Source: an uncultured Alphaproteobacteria bacterium (GTDB taxonomy: Bacteria; Pseudomonadota; Alphaproteobacteria; RF32; CAG-239). Taken from it: a stretch of 64,000 bases of DNA. Numbering within the stretch: the stretch's first letter is position 1; each line of letters begins with the position of its first letter. Below are positions 8,572 to 17,959 of this stretch, piece by piece. The notes below the pieces were generated by a model. That model was given only the letters and a program-made list of their open reading frames with translations. It ran no database searches and was not told the DNA's origin. The position numbers and the translations under genes were made by a program. The DNA is taken from contig CALXTW010000003.1 of NCBI GenBank assembly GCA_944391515.1, positions 9,102 through 73,101 on the forward strand. Reading direction: 5' to 3'.

Positions 8572-10473
8572 TTATTCTTTGAGTTTTATTTCTACTACTG
8601 CGGATAAAAGCGTAAAGGCCAAAGGCTCATTACTTTTTATACTCCACATCGGTTTATTCATATCCCTTATCCAACCTAAAGCTCTCATCTGTACATCTCC
8701 TGAGTAAGTCATCGGCGGAGCATCAAAAATCTGATCCTGATGAATTCTTTTTAATGGATATTGGAAATATCCTCCGCCAATATCTATACACAAAGATTTT
8801 GAATTTATAATTCGAAAGCGTGCATTGATTACCCTTAGTGCTTTGGGTGAATATGGCCTTTCACTCTCCACCATGTATGGCAGAGGTTCTATCCAATGTT
8901 CATAGGGAATTCCTACTAAAATTTCTGTGGCTTCATCTAAGAGATGTATTTCTCCATCTTCTACCTGAAATTCACCTAAGCTAAAGCCATTGGCAAGAAC
9001 GACAACCTTCTCTCCTTCCAGATTTTCAAGCCCCCCCCAATCTCTTTGTGCTATTTCAGATGTAAGGCGTATGGCACAATCAGAATAATAATCATCTTCC
9101 AGTTTTTCTAGGAAATAACCATTAGCTCGCTGTACGCAAAAATAAATTTCGGTACCAATTACCGCTACTGATAAAAATTTTCCCGATGTTGTTAATTTAC
9201 TCCACGCTGTTACTTCCTCAGTTCGATAAGTGGTCAGACATGAAATCGTTCCATCTTCCAAAACCAGATATAAAATACAAGCATCTTGGTCAAAGCAAAT
9301 ATCTCGTGGTGCTTGAATAATATCATTGGATAGTATCGTTAAGTCTTTTGCCTGATAGGCTTGTTCAACGTCAGTGTAGAGAAATTCTCTTAATTGTTTA
9401 CCGCTTCTGGAAACAAACACTGTTGCACCATCAATTTGCTGCGGTGCCAAAATTTTCTCTGAATAAATACCAACATTGGTTTGACGTTTGAGTTGGATTT
9501 TTTCAGGAGTTAAAGGCTCTCCTGTTACCATCCACTCTGCTCCGGTGGTAAATACTAACAAGTGTCTGGAAGAAACAACCGCCTTGATAGCATTTACTTG
9601 GTCTGATAGAATTCCAAACTCTATTGCCTCATCATCTAAAGCTTCTCCTAAATCAAAGTTAAATAAATCTGATGATTTGGATAACCATAAACGATTGGGT
9701 AAATCCCTGGAACCTCCTATAACCATTCGGTTTTGGTGGAAAGTTACAGATACAGGCCAACCTCTTGCCTCTGAAAAAGCAGATTCCGACCAATCATTGG
9801 TTTCTGCAGAAGAAGTGAAGTTTTTGAGAACTTGTACCTTAATAACCTTACTATCCGTCACTTCGGTAATTTTTGCCAAACCTTTTTGAAAATTAATGTA
9901 ACTCCCGACATGGCTTGACAACCACACATCCGTATCGCAAGTCATGGTTACAGTTCCGCTACCTCCACTAGCGTGAAGTTTCGGTTTTTTTTGATAGAAA
10001 TTATAGTAAGGCATATAAATCATGCCATCCTTCGTATAATATTCCCAATCTTCAATTTTCCAAACCTCATTATTATTACGCGTGATTTGTTTGGGCGGAA
10101 CATCGGGATGAACTATCAAAAATGTATCGGCACTTTGCGTATAGTTTAATTGAAATAATTGTTCTCCTGCCCATGGTGTTTCTAGCTCAGCAATGACTTT
10201 ATCGTCTTTTAGAACCTCTAATTTATTATCTGTCAAACACAATAAATATATTTGTTCGGTATTAAATTCAAACGGCAAAAGACGCATGGGCTTTTCCACT
10301 TTATTGATGAACTTTAACCCGCGGCGGCGCGAAACCCCTCCTGTCGGATGAATAATTACATTTTCAAGGTGCCTCGCCCCATTGGCATAAACCCGCAAAT
10401 CACCCCGCCCTAACAAATCTATGGAAACTTGACCTGCCGTAAAATTGGTTTTTACAGAACCTAAATTACTCAT
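8572..10473 (-). CDS. tail tubular protein B / nozzle-like protein (T7 gp12-like)
   Basis: From memory of T7 gp12: the N-terminus ...NFTAGQVSIDLLGRGDL...G...RRRG resembles NLKGGISQQPDIL, and an internal FHQNRMVIGGS...LSKSSDLFNF resembles FFRNRLGFLSG...SRTAKYFNF. It sits after the gp11-like gene. Confidence 0.6.
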   Translation of the reverse strand: MSNLGSVKTNFTAGQVSIDLLGRGDLRVYANGARHLENVIIHPTGGVSRRRGLKFINKVEKPMRLLPFEFNTEQIYLLCLTDNKLEVLKDDKVIAELETPWAGEQLFQLNYTQSADTFLIVHPDVPPKQITRNNNEVWKIEDWEYYTKDGMIYMPYYNFYQKKPKLHASGGSGTVTMTCDTDVWLSSHVGSYINFQKGLAKITEVTDSKVIKVQVLKNFTSSAETNDWSESAFSEARGWPVSVTFHQNRMVIGGSRDLPNRLWLSKSSDLFNFDLGEALDDEAIEFGILSDQVNAIKAVVSSRHLLVFTTGAEWMVTGEPLTPEKIQLKRQTNVGIYSEKILAPQQIDGATVFVSRSGKQLREFLYTDVEQAYQAKDLTILSNDIIQAPRDICFDQDACILYLVLEDGTISCLTTYRTEEVTAWSKLTTSGKFLSVAVIGTEIYFCVQRANGYFLEKLEDDYYSDCAIRLTSEIAQRDWGGLENLEGEKVVVLANGFSLGEFQVEDGEIHLLDEATEILVGIPYEHWIEPLPYMVESERPYSPKALRVINARFRIINSKSLCIDIGGGYFQYPLKRIHQDQIFDAPPMTYSGDVQMRALGWIRDMNKPMWSIKSNEPLAFTLLSAVVEIKLKE

Positions 10474-11039
10474 AATCTCGCCTCCATTAATGAATAGTCT
10501 TCCAATGTTCTAGGGGTACCTTGTTGTGCATCAACCAGGCGTGCTTTATTGATGGTTTCTTCGGCTAGTTTTTCTAACAACTCAGCACGGGTGGTACTTT
10601 CGGTTAAGGGCAAGCAAAATTCAGCAGACAGTTTAGCTATCAATGCCTCACAGAAAAATGCAGGGAAAGTACTTTCATGCGGACGAAAGATATAACTCAG
10701 ACTTACATTTTCTGAATTGGTATGAAGTCTGTTTTCGTAAATTCGATATTCTATACCCCTCCCTCTACGTCCGTTACCGGCAGAAATTACTCTTAAAAAA
10801 TCGTTAGGCAATAAGTAAGCATACTGATAATCGGCTACAGGAACATCATTTAATCTGGGCAATGTTTTTTGTGCTTTGGCAAAGCTCCACGGATATGATG
10901 ACAATAAACTATCTCTAATCAAGGGATATAAACTGTAGGCTATTTCTGCTTCCGCCGTGCCGTCTTCAAACGAGGTGATGCCTTCCGCACCAATTTTTAA
11001 TAATGCGTTGGAACAGATTCCTATGTTGGTGTAACTCAT
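10470..11039 (-). CDS. tail tubular protein A / adaptor-like protein (T7 gp11-like)
   Basis: From memory of T7 gp11, CSNALLKIGAEGITSFEDGTAEAEIA...SSYPWSF parallels [27 protein letters not shown]...SRGWTF. The size is ~190 aa. I chose the ATG at 11039 because GGAGA lies upstream. Its stop overlaps the next start by 4 nt. Confidence 0.6.
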   Translation of the reverse strand: MSYTNIGICSNALLKIGAEGITSFEDGTAEAEIAYSLYPLIRDSLLSSYPWSFAKAQKTLPRLNDVPVADYQYAYLLPNDFLRVISAGNGRRGRGIEYRIYENRLHTNSENVSLSYIFRPHESTFPAFFCEALIAKLSAEFCLPLTESTTRAELLEKLAEETINKARLVDAQQGTPRTLEDYSLMEARL

Positions 11040-11054
11040 GAATTTCTCCATTGA

Positions 11055-11092
11055 TAAAAAAGGAGAAACCTTTTAATTAAAAGGTTTCTCCT
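11055..11092 (-). terminator. intrinsic terminator between the head genes and the tail-tube genes
   Basis: 14-bp perfect stem AGGAGAAACCTTTT / AAAAGGTTTCTCCT with loop AATT, followed by T6 on the minus strand. Confidence 0.65.
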
Positions 11093-11119
11093 GCCTTTGC
11101 TATTAATGTGTTGGTGATT

Positions 11120-11377
11120 TTATGCCGCGGCAGAGCCTAACTCTGATACGTTCACAGCTCCGTCTGCAATTGATGTGACCGCTAAAATGGCCGGTGCAAC
11201 GGTGCTTTGATTATTAGCTACCGTCAAAATCATATCTCCTACACGAGCAAAAGGCGCAATATCATCAAAGTAATTTGCACCTTTGATGGTGGCTAACGCA
11301 TCAGATGAAGAATAGTTCCAAAGCGTAAAACCATTGGCGTAGGCCATTACACTAAAATCTTTTGACATAAACGACAT
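11120..11377 (-). CDS. small head-module protein of unknown function
   Basis: 86 aa from the ATG at 11377, which has an AAGGAGA RBS. It immediately follows the capsid candidate. Any decoration role is a guess from position only. Confidence 0.45.
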   Translation of the reverse strand: MSFMSKDFSVMAYANGFTLWNYSSSDALATIKGANYFDDIAPFARVGDMILTVANNQSTVAPAILAVTSIADGAVNVSELGSAAA

Positions 11378-11388
11378 TTTCTTTCTCC

Positions 11389-12228
11389 TTATTCGCTGAT
11401 TGAAGATTCTTCTTTGCACTTAATTCGAACGACACCGGTCGGGTCGATTAAGCATGCCCCTTGGCTCATCATATTATTGACGAAGTGTGCGGCATGGTCA
11501 CCGTGCCAGGTGATATCGCTTTTGACATCTTGTCCGCAGGCATGGCCGACTGCGGTTTTGTGGAAGATAAAGCATTGACGCTCTGTTCCGCTTAAAGGCA
11601 AACCGGTATGCATAATCCAGTTAATGCCCAACCATTTACGGCTCTCGGTTCCTTTTAAGAACGGCAGATTGTCGCCGGCATAATCAGAATTTGAGAACTC
11701 GGCAACGTTGAGCAATGCATTCCATTGATAAGGTCCTACCAAACCAAAACGTTGTCCGTCATCTGGAACATCGTTAGAGTTTAATTTGGCAAAAGCATCC
11801 AAAATATCCTTTTTGCTCATAGCTAAACCATAATCACCGACATCGTTGTCTTCGGGAGCTTTGCTCAAAGCGTCAATAATCAATTCATCGGTTTTGCGCC
11901 CCAAAGCATAAGCTCCGGAATTGGCAATGACACGGCGCTCATCAATGCTTACTTTTAATTCATCCAAAGCATCTACCCAATCGCCGGCATAGTAGTCTTG
12001 AAGTTCGCACTCAATCGGCGTGTGGTCCAAAGACATTACTGGAACCAAGCCGTGGCGTGCCTTTTGTGAAGCCATACCTTTGCCGACTTTTTGGAAGACG
12101 GTGGATGAGCCTTTAACATTGTTTTTGGTGCGAACCGCATTTCTCAATTTTGAGCCGTTTTGTTGGTAAGCCAAGTGAACATCAGCTTCAAATTGTTTGA
12201 TAAAGGATTCGGTTATTTGTGTTGACAT
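11389..12228 (-). CDS. major capsid protein candidate
   Basis: 279-aa ORF directly after the scaffold-like gene, in the T7 gene-10 position. The sequence resembles podovirus capsid families from memory only. Confidence 0.55.
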   Translation of the reverse strand: MSTQITESFIKQFEADVHLAYQQNGSKLRNAVRTKNNVKGSSTVFQKVGKGMASQKARHGLVPVMSLDHTPIECELQDYYAGDWVDALDELKVSIDERRVIANSGAYALGRKTDELIIDALSKAPEDNDVGDYGLAMSKKDILDAFAKLNSNDVPDDGQRFGLVGPYQWNALLNVAEFSNSDYAGDNLPFLKGTESRKWLGINWIMHTGLPLSGTERQCFIFHKTAVGHACGQDVKSDITWHGDHAAHFVNNMMSQGACLIDPTGVVRIKCKEESSISE

Positions 12229-12277
12229 ATTTTCCTCCTATTTGTGATTAACCTATATAAAAAAACCCTGAAAAGGT

Positions 12278-13000
12278 TTATTTTTCAGGGTAGAGTTTTT
12301 CAAATCCGCGCGTAATCTTATTGATATAAGCACTGTCTTTATCGCGCCAGTAACGCGGATCTTCCATCATCTTGCGTAAGGTTTGTTCGTTTAACCCTCC
12401 TTCATAGCCGTTATCTTTGCTAAGCATAGGTTCGTTAGACGACATCATCTTATACAAGGCTATTACGCCTTCGGCGGTGGAGCCCAAAGCGTCATAGACG
12501 TCCCCGCTCAAATTTTGTTTTGCCCAAGCTGAAATTTGGCGAGAAACTTCATCAAATCTCTCTCTGCCCCCAAAGTAATTGGTCAGCTTGGCAAGCTGTT
12601 TTTGAGCCTCAAAGTTTACGGTCAATTGGTCTAGAACCGGAATGACACGTTCATTAGCCAAGTCATAAACAAATTGTGCTTGGTCATTGGTAAAGCCATG
12701 TTCATAAAACTGTTTGAACAATTCTTCATCATGATCCAACAATTCATTTGGGATTTTTATCTGATATTTATCATAGCTTTCCGGCATATTGCGGTTGTGC
12801 GTTTCTATCAGATTTTCATCCCTCATGGCCATAGAGTTATAGTCATCAATCAATTCTTGCAGTTTTATTGTTTGGGTAGCTTCATCCCAGAATTTGGGCG
12901 GCAAATTTGCCGGTTTCCCTTGTTCCGGAGCTGAAGGACCTGAACTCTTAGCTGCTGCACGATTCATTTCGTTGAGATTTTCAACTGGTCTTTCTTTCAT
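12278..13000 (-). CDS. scaffolding protein candidate
   Basis: 240-aa acidic, helix-rich ORF between the portal and capsid genes (the T7 gene-9 position). Confidence 0.45.
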   Translation of the reverse strand: MKERPVENLNEMNRAAAKSSGPSAPEQGKPANLPPKFWDEATQTIKLQELIDDYNSMAMRDENLIETHNRNMPESYDKYQIKIPNELLDHDEELFKQFYEHGFTNDQAQFVYDLANERVIPVLDQLTVNFEAQKQLAKLTNYFGGRERFDEVSRQISAWAKQNLSGDVYDALGSTAEGVIALYKMMSSNEPMLSKDNGYEGGLNEQTLRKMMEDPRYWRDKDSAYINKITRGFEKLYPEK

Positions 13001-13018
13001 GTTTTTTCCTTTCTTTGA

Positions 13019-13240
13019 TTAATTATCGTCTGATATCTTGTTTTGGATTATTGAAACCAGATGTCTTTGTCCTTCCAGATGACGCAATGCATCAGAAGAG
13101 CTTTCGGGTCCCAAATATCGCTCCTGTGTCAGACGTTTTAGGTAAGAGAGGACTATTCTCCCTTCCCTACTCGAAAAGCATTTTACAAATGCTTCACGAA
13201 TCTGTGCTTCCGACATGTGTCGGGTATCATACGGCTGCAT
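13019..13240 (-). CDS. small phage-cluster protein
   Basis: 73-aa ORF between portal and scaffold. Its start overlaps the portal stop region. Confidence 0.4.
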   Translation of the reverse strand: MQPYDTRHMSEAQIREAFVKCFSSREGRIVLSYLKRLTQERYLGPESSSDALRHLEGQRHLVSIIQNKISDDN

Positions 13241-14753
13241 TCTCTTGCTCCGCTACTTCAGCCTCAGAGGCGAGCGGTGTTTCCCTTATCAACTGCGTTG
13301 GCACACAAAGGGTTTTGCCCAGCCATCTGGAAGCTTCTTCCACATTGACTGCCGCCAAGGCATCTGGTCCGAAGGTAGCAAGCATTGACACCCACTCACT
13401 GACGTTGGTAATGTCCTTTCGGGTTTGAGCCAAAGCCAGAGGTGATTTATACTGCAGATCAACTATTTTCCCGTCTAAGTCAAAATTCGGAATATCACCA
13501 CGACGTCGCAAAATTTGAAATGCTCGTTTCAAAAGCGGGGTCAGTAATTCCGATTGCAAACGCCCAAATGTGGCACCTAAAATGCGCGCAACTTCTGCAG
13601 AGCGTTCCAAAACTTCCGTAGCTGTCATATTCGGAGTGGCAATTTGAGCCAGTCTATCTGCCAGCAATGCATGGTTTATTCTTTGACGTAAATCCGAAAG
13701 AATAAGCTGAGAAACATCAAAATTGCCAGGGGCACTCAACGGAGTTAGGCCCTTTGAGCCCACCGCCTTAGGAATGATTGCTCCAGGGACAAGTTTGATG
13801 TTATCAGGATTTAAGATGCCATCGTCATCTGCTTGCCAAATTCCAGTTACCGAAATGGAGGCATTTTTCAAAATTAACTCCACGACTTTGTTGGCAGTCT
13901 TAATATCCGGCAGGGCTTTCATGACCGGTGAACGGCCATAAATTTCACCCGGAGCCTTGAGCCAACGAAAGTTGATAAAGGGAGAGGTTTCAAAAATACC
14001 TTCTTTTAAGATACAACTATCCTCATAACCACTGTTTTCATCCCAAGCAAAAGCTATGTAATCATAGCCACAAGCACCGGCATTGTAATTTCTGGGCAAG
14101 ACAGCTTCTATAATGCTTAACTGATACTCTCGGTCTTGCTCTAGGCGTTCCTGCAAGAAAGATGGCATTTGGGCTTCGGGAAAACGTGTGCGTATGCCTT
14201 CCAAATTAAGTTTGGAGCAACGAAACGTGGTATCAATTTTGCCATCCGAACTTTCCTCTATGGCAATTTCCCGCAGAGGAACCGCGTAAAAGTGAAACGC
14301 CGTAGCCTCTCCAATCGCTGCCTCCTCAAACATTAAACAAGCTGTTCCGACTGTTACCAAATCCAGATAGCATTGATGAACTTCGACTGCAAAATTAGAG
14401 TGCTCAAAGTTTTGCAGCATAATTTCTGAAGATTTATCCAAAATCGGGGCAACTTGCTCTTGCTCGGTCGGGCTCAGCTCATTGCCTGGTCTGAGGCCAA
14501 ACCACTTTGCCCAAGGAGGGGTTAATTCCGACAATAAAGATGAGGCTAATTGGTCAACCGCATCAGGCGCCGTACCATCAAACAAGCATAGATTTTTCTT
14601 AGAACCTTGCGGCGTGTCTACGCCAAAAGAACTTACATTTTCTCTTAGCGGGAAAGCATATTCATAGCATTCACGCCAATGCTCCTCCCAATTTTGTTTT
14701 CTCTCGGCTGCCTTTTTGTAACGGCTAACCAAATTTTCAAGTTGATGTTCCAT
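13227..14753 (-). CDS. portal protein (T7 gp8-type head-to-tail connector)
   Basis: 508 aa. From memory of T7 gp8, GEIYGRSPVMKALPDIK...MTATEVLERSAEVARILGATFGRLQSELLTPLLKRAF parallels GESYGRSYIEEYLGDLR...VTAEEIRYVASELEDTLGGVYSILSQELQLPLVRVLL. Confidence 0.8.
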   Translation of the reverse strand: MEHQLENLVSRYKKAAERKQNWEEHWRECYEYAFPLRENVSSFGVDTPQGSKKNLCLFDGTAPDAVDQLASSLLSELTPPWAKWFGLRPGNELSPTEQEQVAPILDKSSEIMLQNFEHSNFAVEVHQCYLDLVTVGTACLMFEEAAIGEATAFHFYAVPLREIAIEESSDGKIDTTFRCSKLNLEGIRTRFPEAQMPSFLQERLEQDREYQLSIIEAVLPRNYNAGACGYDYIAFAWDENSGYEDSCILKEGIFETSPFINFRWLKAPGEIYGRSPVMKALPDIKTANKVVELILKNASISVTGIWQADDDGILNPDNIKLVPGAIIPKAVGSKGLTPLSAPGNFDVSQLILSDLRQRINHALLADRLAQIATPNMTATEVLERSAEVARILGATFGRLQSELLTPLLKRAFQILRRRGDIPNFDLDGKIVDLQYKSPLALAQTRKDITNVSEWVSMLATFGPDALAAVNVEEASRWLGKTLCVPTQLIRETPLASEAEVAEQENAAV

Positions 14754-14755
14754 TT

Positions 14756-14977
14756 TTATTCTCCCAAGAGATTTTTGCGCTTGAGGGTATCTTCTTTTTC
14801 TCCTAAAATACCATTATAAGATGTGCGAATTGTACCTTCTTGACCTCGACGTTGACGCTCTAAACTTTCTTGTCTTTCTTGTTCTGCTTTCTTTTTAGCC
14901 TCAGCCTCCGTATCAACAACCGGTACGACCGGTTGTTGTGGTTTTGGTGTGCTAAAAATCTTAAATACTCCTCCCAT
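14756..14977 (-). CDS. small Lys/Glu-rich phage-cluster protein
   Basis: 73-aa ORF tightly packed upstream of the portal gene. Confidence 0.4.
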   Translation of the reverse strand: MGGVFKIFSTPKPQQPVVPVVDTEAEAKKKAEQERQESLERQRRGQEGTIRTSYNGILGEKEDTLKRKNLLGE

Positions 14978-14988
14978 TGTTTTTCCTT

Positions 14989-15348
14989 TCAGTTTTCGGG
15001 TGTTTTATTTAACTTTGAAGATGACTTTGAGGTTTGAGATTTTTTCTCGGTGAAATTGGGACTTTTAACCACTGAAATTCCCATAACACCCAAAGCCATA
15101 CTCCAAAGTGATGTTGTTTCAACAAGTGCCATAATAATTTTTTCCGCTCGAGGGTGATTTATCCAGACAACCCAACATATCGTGCTCATTTGCAAAACCC
15201 ATGTCAGACATACCGAATAACCAAAAAGCGGATGCCAATTGCACTCCCAAGACGAACCATGCCTCTTTCGTCTTTCAAGCGCGCTGCCACAAAAAAAATG
15301 ACGCATGATTTTCATCAGCGTCATAGGTGCCTTTGTTTTAAAAAACAT
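14989..15348 (-). CDS. two-TM membrane protein, holin-like by position
   Basis: Two hydrophobic segments and a basic C-terminal tail. It starts immediately after the stop of the SleB-like hydrolase gene. Confidence 0.35.
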   Translation of the reverse strand: MFFKTKAPMTLMKIMRHFFCGSALERRKRHGSSWECNWHPLFGYSVCLTWVLQMSTICWVVWINHPRAEKIIMALVETTSLWSMALGVMGISVVKSPNFTEKKSQTSKSSSKLNKTPEN

Positions 15349-15765
15349 TTATGTCTCAATATCATTGTAAAAGAGATGATGCCCTATCTCAGCACAGGGA
15401 ATTTTTCCCCTTGACCAAGCAGGATTGGTGTTTTTGGTATGATAATGCGTGGCATGCGACGTATTATCCTCCAAAACCCCAGAAATTGCTCTGCCTGCAA
15501 TGCGTTTGCAAATACAAAAAATAATATCTGTATCTGTAACCCTTTGTATCAGAGCATAGTTGGAATCTGACTTGTTCCAACACGAAAATTGGTAGGGACA
15601 ACGACATATGCCTTTAATCGTATTGCCCCACCAATAACGTCCTTTTCTTCGGCTGAAAGCCAAGCGATTTAAAACAACTGAGGCGACAGCTTCCATTCCG
15701 GATATGCTCTCGCCTCGTGCCTCCCCATAAATCGTACGGGCTAATGTATCCAAATCTTCACTCAT
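15349..15765 (-). CDS. cell-wall hydrolase, SleB/Hydrolase_2 family (endolysin candidate)
   Basis: N-terminus LARTIYGEARGES...VASVVLNR and a later YHT..., typical of SleB-type hydrolases. Confidence 0.75.
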   Translation of the reverse strand: MSEDLDTLARTIYGEARGESISGMEAVASVVLNRLAFSRRKGRYWWGNTIKGICRCPYQFSCWNKSDSNYALIQRVTDTDIIFCICKRIAGRAISGVLEDNTSHATHYHTKNTNPAWSRGKIPCAEIGHHLFYNDIET

Positions 15766-16049
15766 CTTGACCTCCCGACTTCATCGAGTTTTTTCTCAAT
15801 TCTCAATAAGTGATTGGTTAAACGATTTTCAACATCTTTCAGGTAGCCCGTGGAAACATAGTTTCTGGCAACATGTAATTTGAAATCTGCTAATGATTCT
15901 TTACAAATATCAACTCTACCCTCCGTATGATTTTGAGTGGCTAGGAGTTGTTCCTCCATTTCTTTTCTTTGTTTGACTAACATTCGAAAAACCGCAACAA
16001 ACAACGGTATTTCAATCATTGCTATCCAATTTATCAATTCATTAAACAT
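15762..16049 (-). CDS. N-terminally anchored coiled-coil protein (holin/spanin-like by position)
   Basis: One N-terminal TM segment (IEIPLFVAVFRMLV) followed by charged helix. It overlaps the hydrolase start by 4 nt. Confidence 0.4.
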   Translation of the reverse strand: MFNELINWIAMIEIPLFVAVFRMLVKQRKEMEEQLLATQNHTEGRVDICKESLADFKLHVARNYVSTGYLKDVENRLTNHLLRIEKKLDEVGRSR

Positions 16050-16060
16050 GGTTTTATTCC

Positions 16061-17584
16061 TTATATGCTAAAATTGGTTTGCGCCTTAAACTGACCGGAA
16101 GTTCCCTGCCAAGAGAAACGTTTATAGTCGCCCATATCAGCATAAGCTTGTGTGAAACGTATCGGCTCAGATGACAAACAACCGGCAACCGCGTCTAACC
16201 CATCATCATGCACACTTCCTTCGGTGTTCCACTCCCGCATTTCTTCAATAAACGGCGTATTCCATATTCGTCGATGCGCATTAAGCGCCCTATCGGCCAG
16301 TAAAACTTCAAACGCCTCTAAAATACGGGCGGCTTTGCTGGTGGATGAATACATCTCTAAAACCGCCGTTCGAATCTTGCGCCTTTGCAGGGTTTGCTTT
16401 AAGATACCGGGTAAGAATTTACCAATACCGTTAGCTTCTACCCGAATAGAAGGCAAGTGATTGCGCTCAATAAAATCAGCGACCTTTTCACATTGAAGCG
16501 AGGCTTGATTGTCTTGCGACTGAGCCGATAGTTTGATATATTCAACATCATGGAGCCAGAACTTACCTTCTTCATCGGTAAAGACACAAGCGATAACACT
16601 ATTGTCTCCCGATGAGGAGGCAAAAGACGGATCCCACCAGCAAGATGCCGAAAGCAATTTTTTATCACCCAAGTGCAAAACCTCTCGACCATTGGCATAA
16701 GTTTGTGTGAGTTCCAAATTGTAAACACACAGTCTTTCCGGATTGAGTACGCAATCTCTGAAATTAACAGGTTGCAACATCATCTGCGACAAAAACTTAT
16801 TTTCTCCCGAACGTTGGCGAAGAGAAGCAATTTTCTCTACCGAAAAACGCTCAGGCCAACTGCTTTGATTTTTCTTATCTAAAATCGGAATTTCCAATTT
16901 TTTGAAATTCAGCAAAAACGGCTCAATCTCCGGACGCGAATTATCATAGTCCACTTGATAAATGGTATAAAACGTGTGCGGTGTTCCGATGTATAACTGC
17001 ATGCCCTCGGGCGTTAGAATATAGTCCAACTCCTCGAGTTTTTCCCTTAGTTCTATCCGTTTGAGCGGTGTATCGCAGTTTTTGGGAACCTCGACATCAT
17101 CACAAATTATCAAGTCGGCACGCAAGCCCGTGATATTAGCCCCTATTCCTTTGGCCAACATTGATGGGTCGCGTAACTCCATATCTCGCCTAATGGTAAA
17201 TTGGTCGGACGCCCATTGCTCCAGTTTTTCTGGTTTGAGCTGTTGGGTTAGCGGATGCTGCTCTATGATGCGTTTGACATTGCGTACCATTTTCTTGGCT
17301 AAAGCGTGGTCTGCGGCCATTACCAAAATTCTGGTTGAGGTTTTGGTATATAAGACCCATGCGCAAAATAGACCGACAATGGTGGATTTGCCGGAGTTGC
17401 GAAATGCCATCAGTAATCCTTGGCGGTCTTGCTCGCTTTGCCAAAGTGAGCTCAGCCATTTGGCTATTTTGCGTTGGTGTTTCGGGACTTTCAGATTTTG
17501 CAGTTTGAACCAGATAAAAATAAACTCGTAAAAACTAATCTGGTTCATCTTCCGCACCATCCAATTCCGCTCTCGCTTCCGCAA
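16061..17584 (-). CDS. terminase large subunit
   Basis: Walker-A-like FRNSGKST, Walker-B-like LIICDDVE, and a C-terminal nuclease-like part with conserved Asp residues. The start is uncertain: ATGs at 17584, 17560 and 17548 all overlap the upstream ORF. Confidence 0.75.
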   Translation of the reverse strand: MRKRERNWMVRKMNQISFYEFIFIWFKLQNLKVPKHQRKIAKWLSSLWQSEQDRQGLLMAFRNSGKSTIVGLFCAWVLYTKTSTRILVMAADHALAKKMVRNVKRIIEQHPLTQQLKPEKLEQWASDQFTIRRDMELRDPSMLAKGIGANITGLRADLIICDDVEVPKNCDTPLKRIELREKLEELDYILTPEGMQLYIGTPHTFYTIYQVDYDNSRPEIEPFLLNFKKLEIPILDKKNQSSWPERFSVEKIASLRQRSGENKFLSQMMLQPVNFRDCVLNPERLCVYNLELTQTYANGREVLHLGDKKLLSASCWWDPSFASSSGDNSVIACVFTDEEGKFWLHDVEYIKLSAQSQDNQASLQCEKVADFIERNHLPSIRVEANGIGKFLPGILKQTLQRRKIRTAVLEMYSSTSKAARILEAFEVLLADRALNAHRRIWNTPFIEEMREWNTEGSVHDDGLDAVAGCLSSEPIRFTQAYADMGDYKRFSWQGTSGQFKAQTNFSI

Positions 17585-17852
17585 GCAATTTTAGAATATC
17601 TTCCGTGCCCGACGAAGTTGTGTTGTCAGACGTTTCGCCTTCGGTCCACTTAGCCAGCTTTAATAATGTTTCTGCATGCGTTACCGCTGATTTGCAGGCG
17701 CTGTGGTGTGCACTAAAGCCTTTGGCATCTTCGGGGATTGGTCTTTCCGAAAATGTTTCATAACTCTCTAACACCTGTGAAACCTTTTCGGGAAGAGTCT
17801 TTTGCAAGTTTTTCTTTAAGGACTTTAAGGTCTTGGCCTTTTTGAAATGCAT
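17535..17852 (-). CDS. small protein upstream of the large terminase (small terminase candidate by position only)
   Basis: 105-aa ORF with an AAGGAG RBS. It is the first gene after the leader terminator. Confidence 0.35.
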   Translation of the reverse strand: MHFKKAKTLKSLKKNLQKTLPEKVSQVLESYETFSERPIPEDAKGFSAHHSACKSAVTHAETLLKLAKWTEGETSDNTTSSGTEDILKLLAEARAELDGAEDEPD

Positions 17853-17882
17853 TTTAACTCCTTTCTTACAGGTTGGGGGTAT

Positions 17883-17917
17883 AAAAAAAATTCGCTAAGA
17901 CCTGATGTCTTGCGAAT
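17883..17917 (-). terminator. intrinsic terminator in the leader of the packaging/structural operon
   Basis: The minus strand reads ATTCGCAAGAC-atcag-GTCTTaGCGAAT (11 bp, one bulged A) followed by T8. It ends 30 nt before the ATG at 17852. Confidence 0.7.
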
Positions 17918-17959
17918 CTAACTTTGCTTTGGACACACTAATAGCAAGTGGCGTTTTTG

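Noticed and set aside
9488-9889. Long antisense ORFs inside large genes. Examples are 379..624, 9488..9889, 17061..17531, 32004..32414, 42594..42995 and 44160..44612.
   Set aside because: They lie fully within well-supported genes on the opposite strand and have no RBS or recognisable family. Their low-complexity composition is typical of shadow frames.
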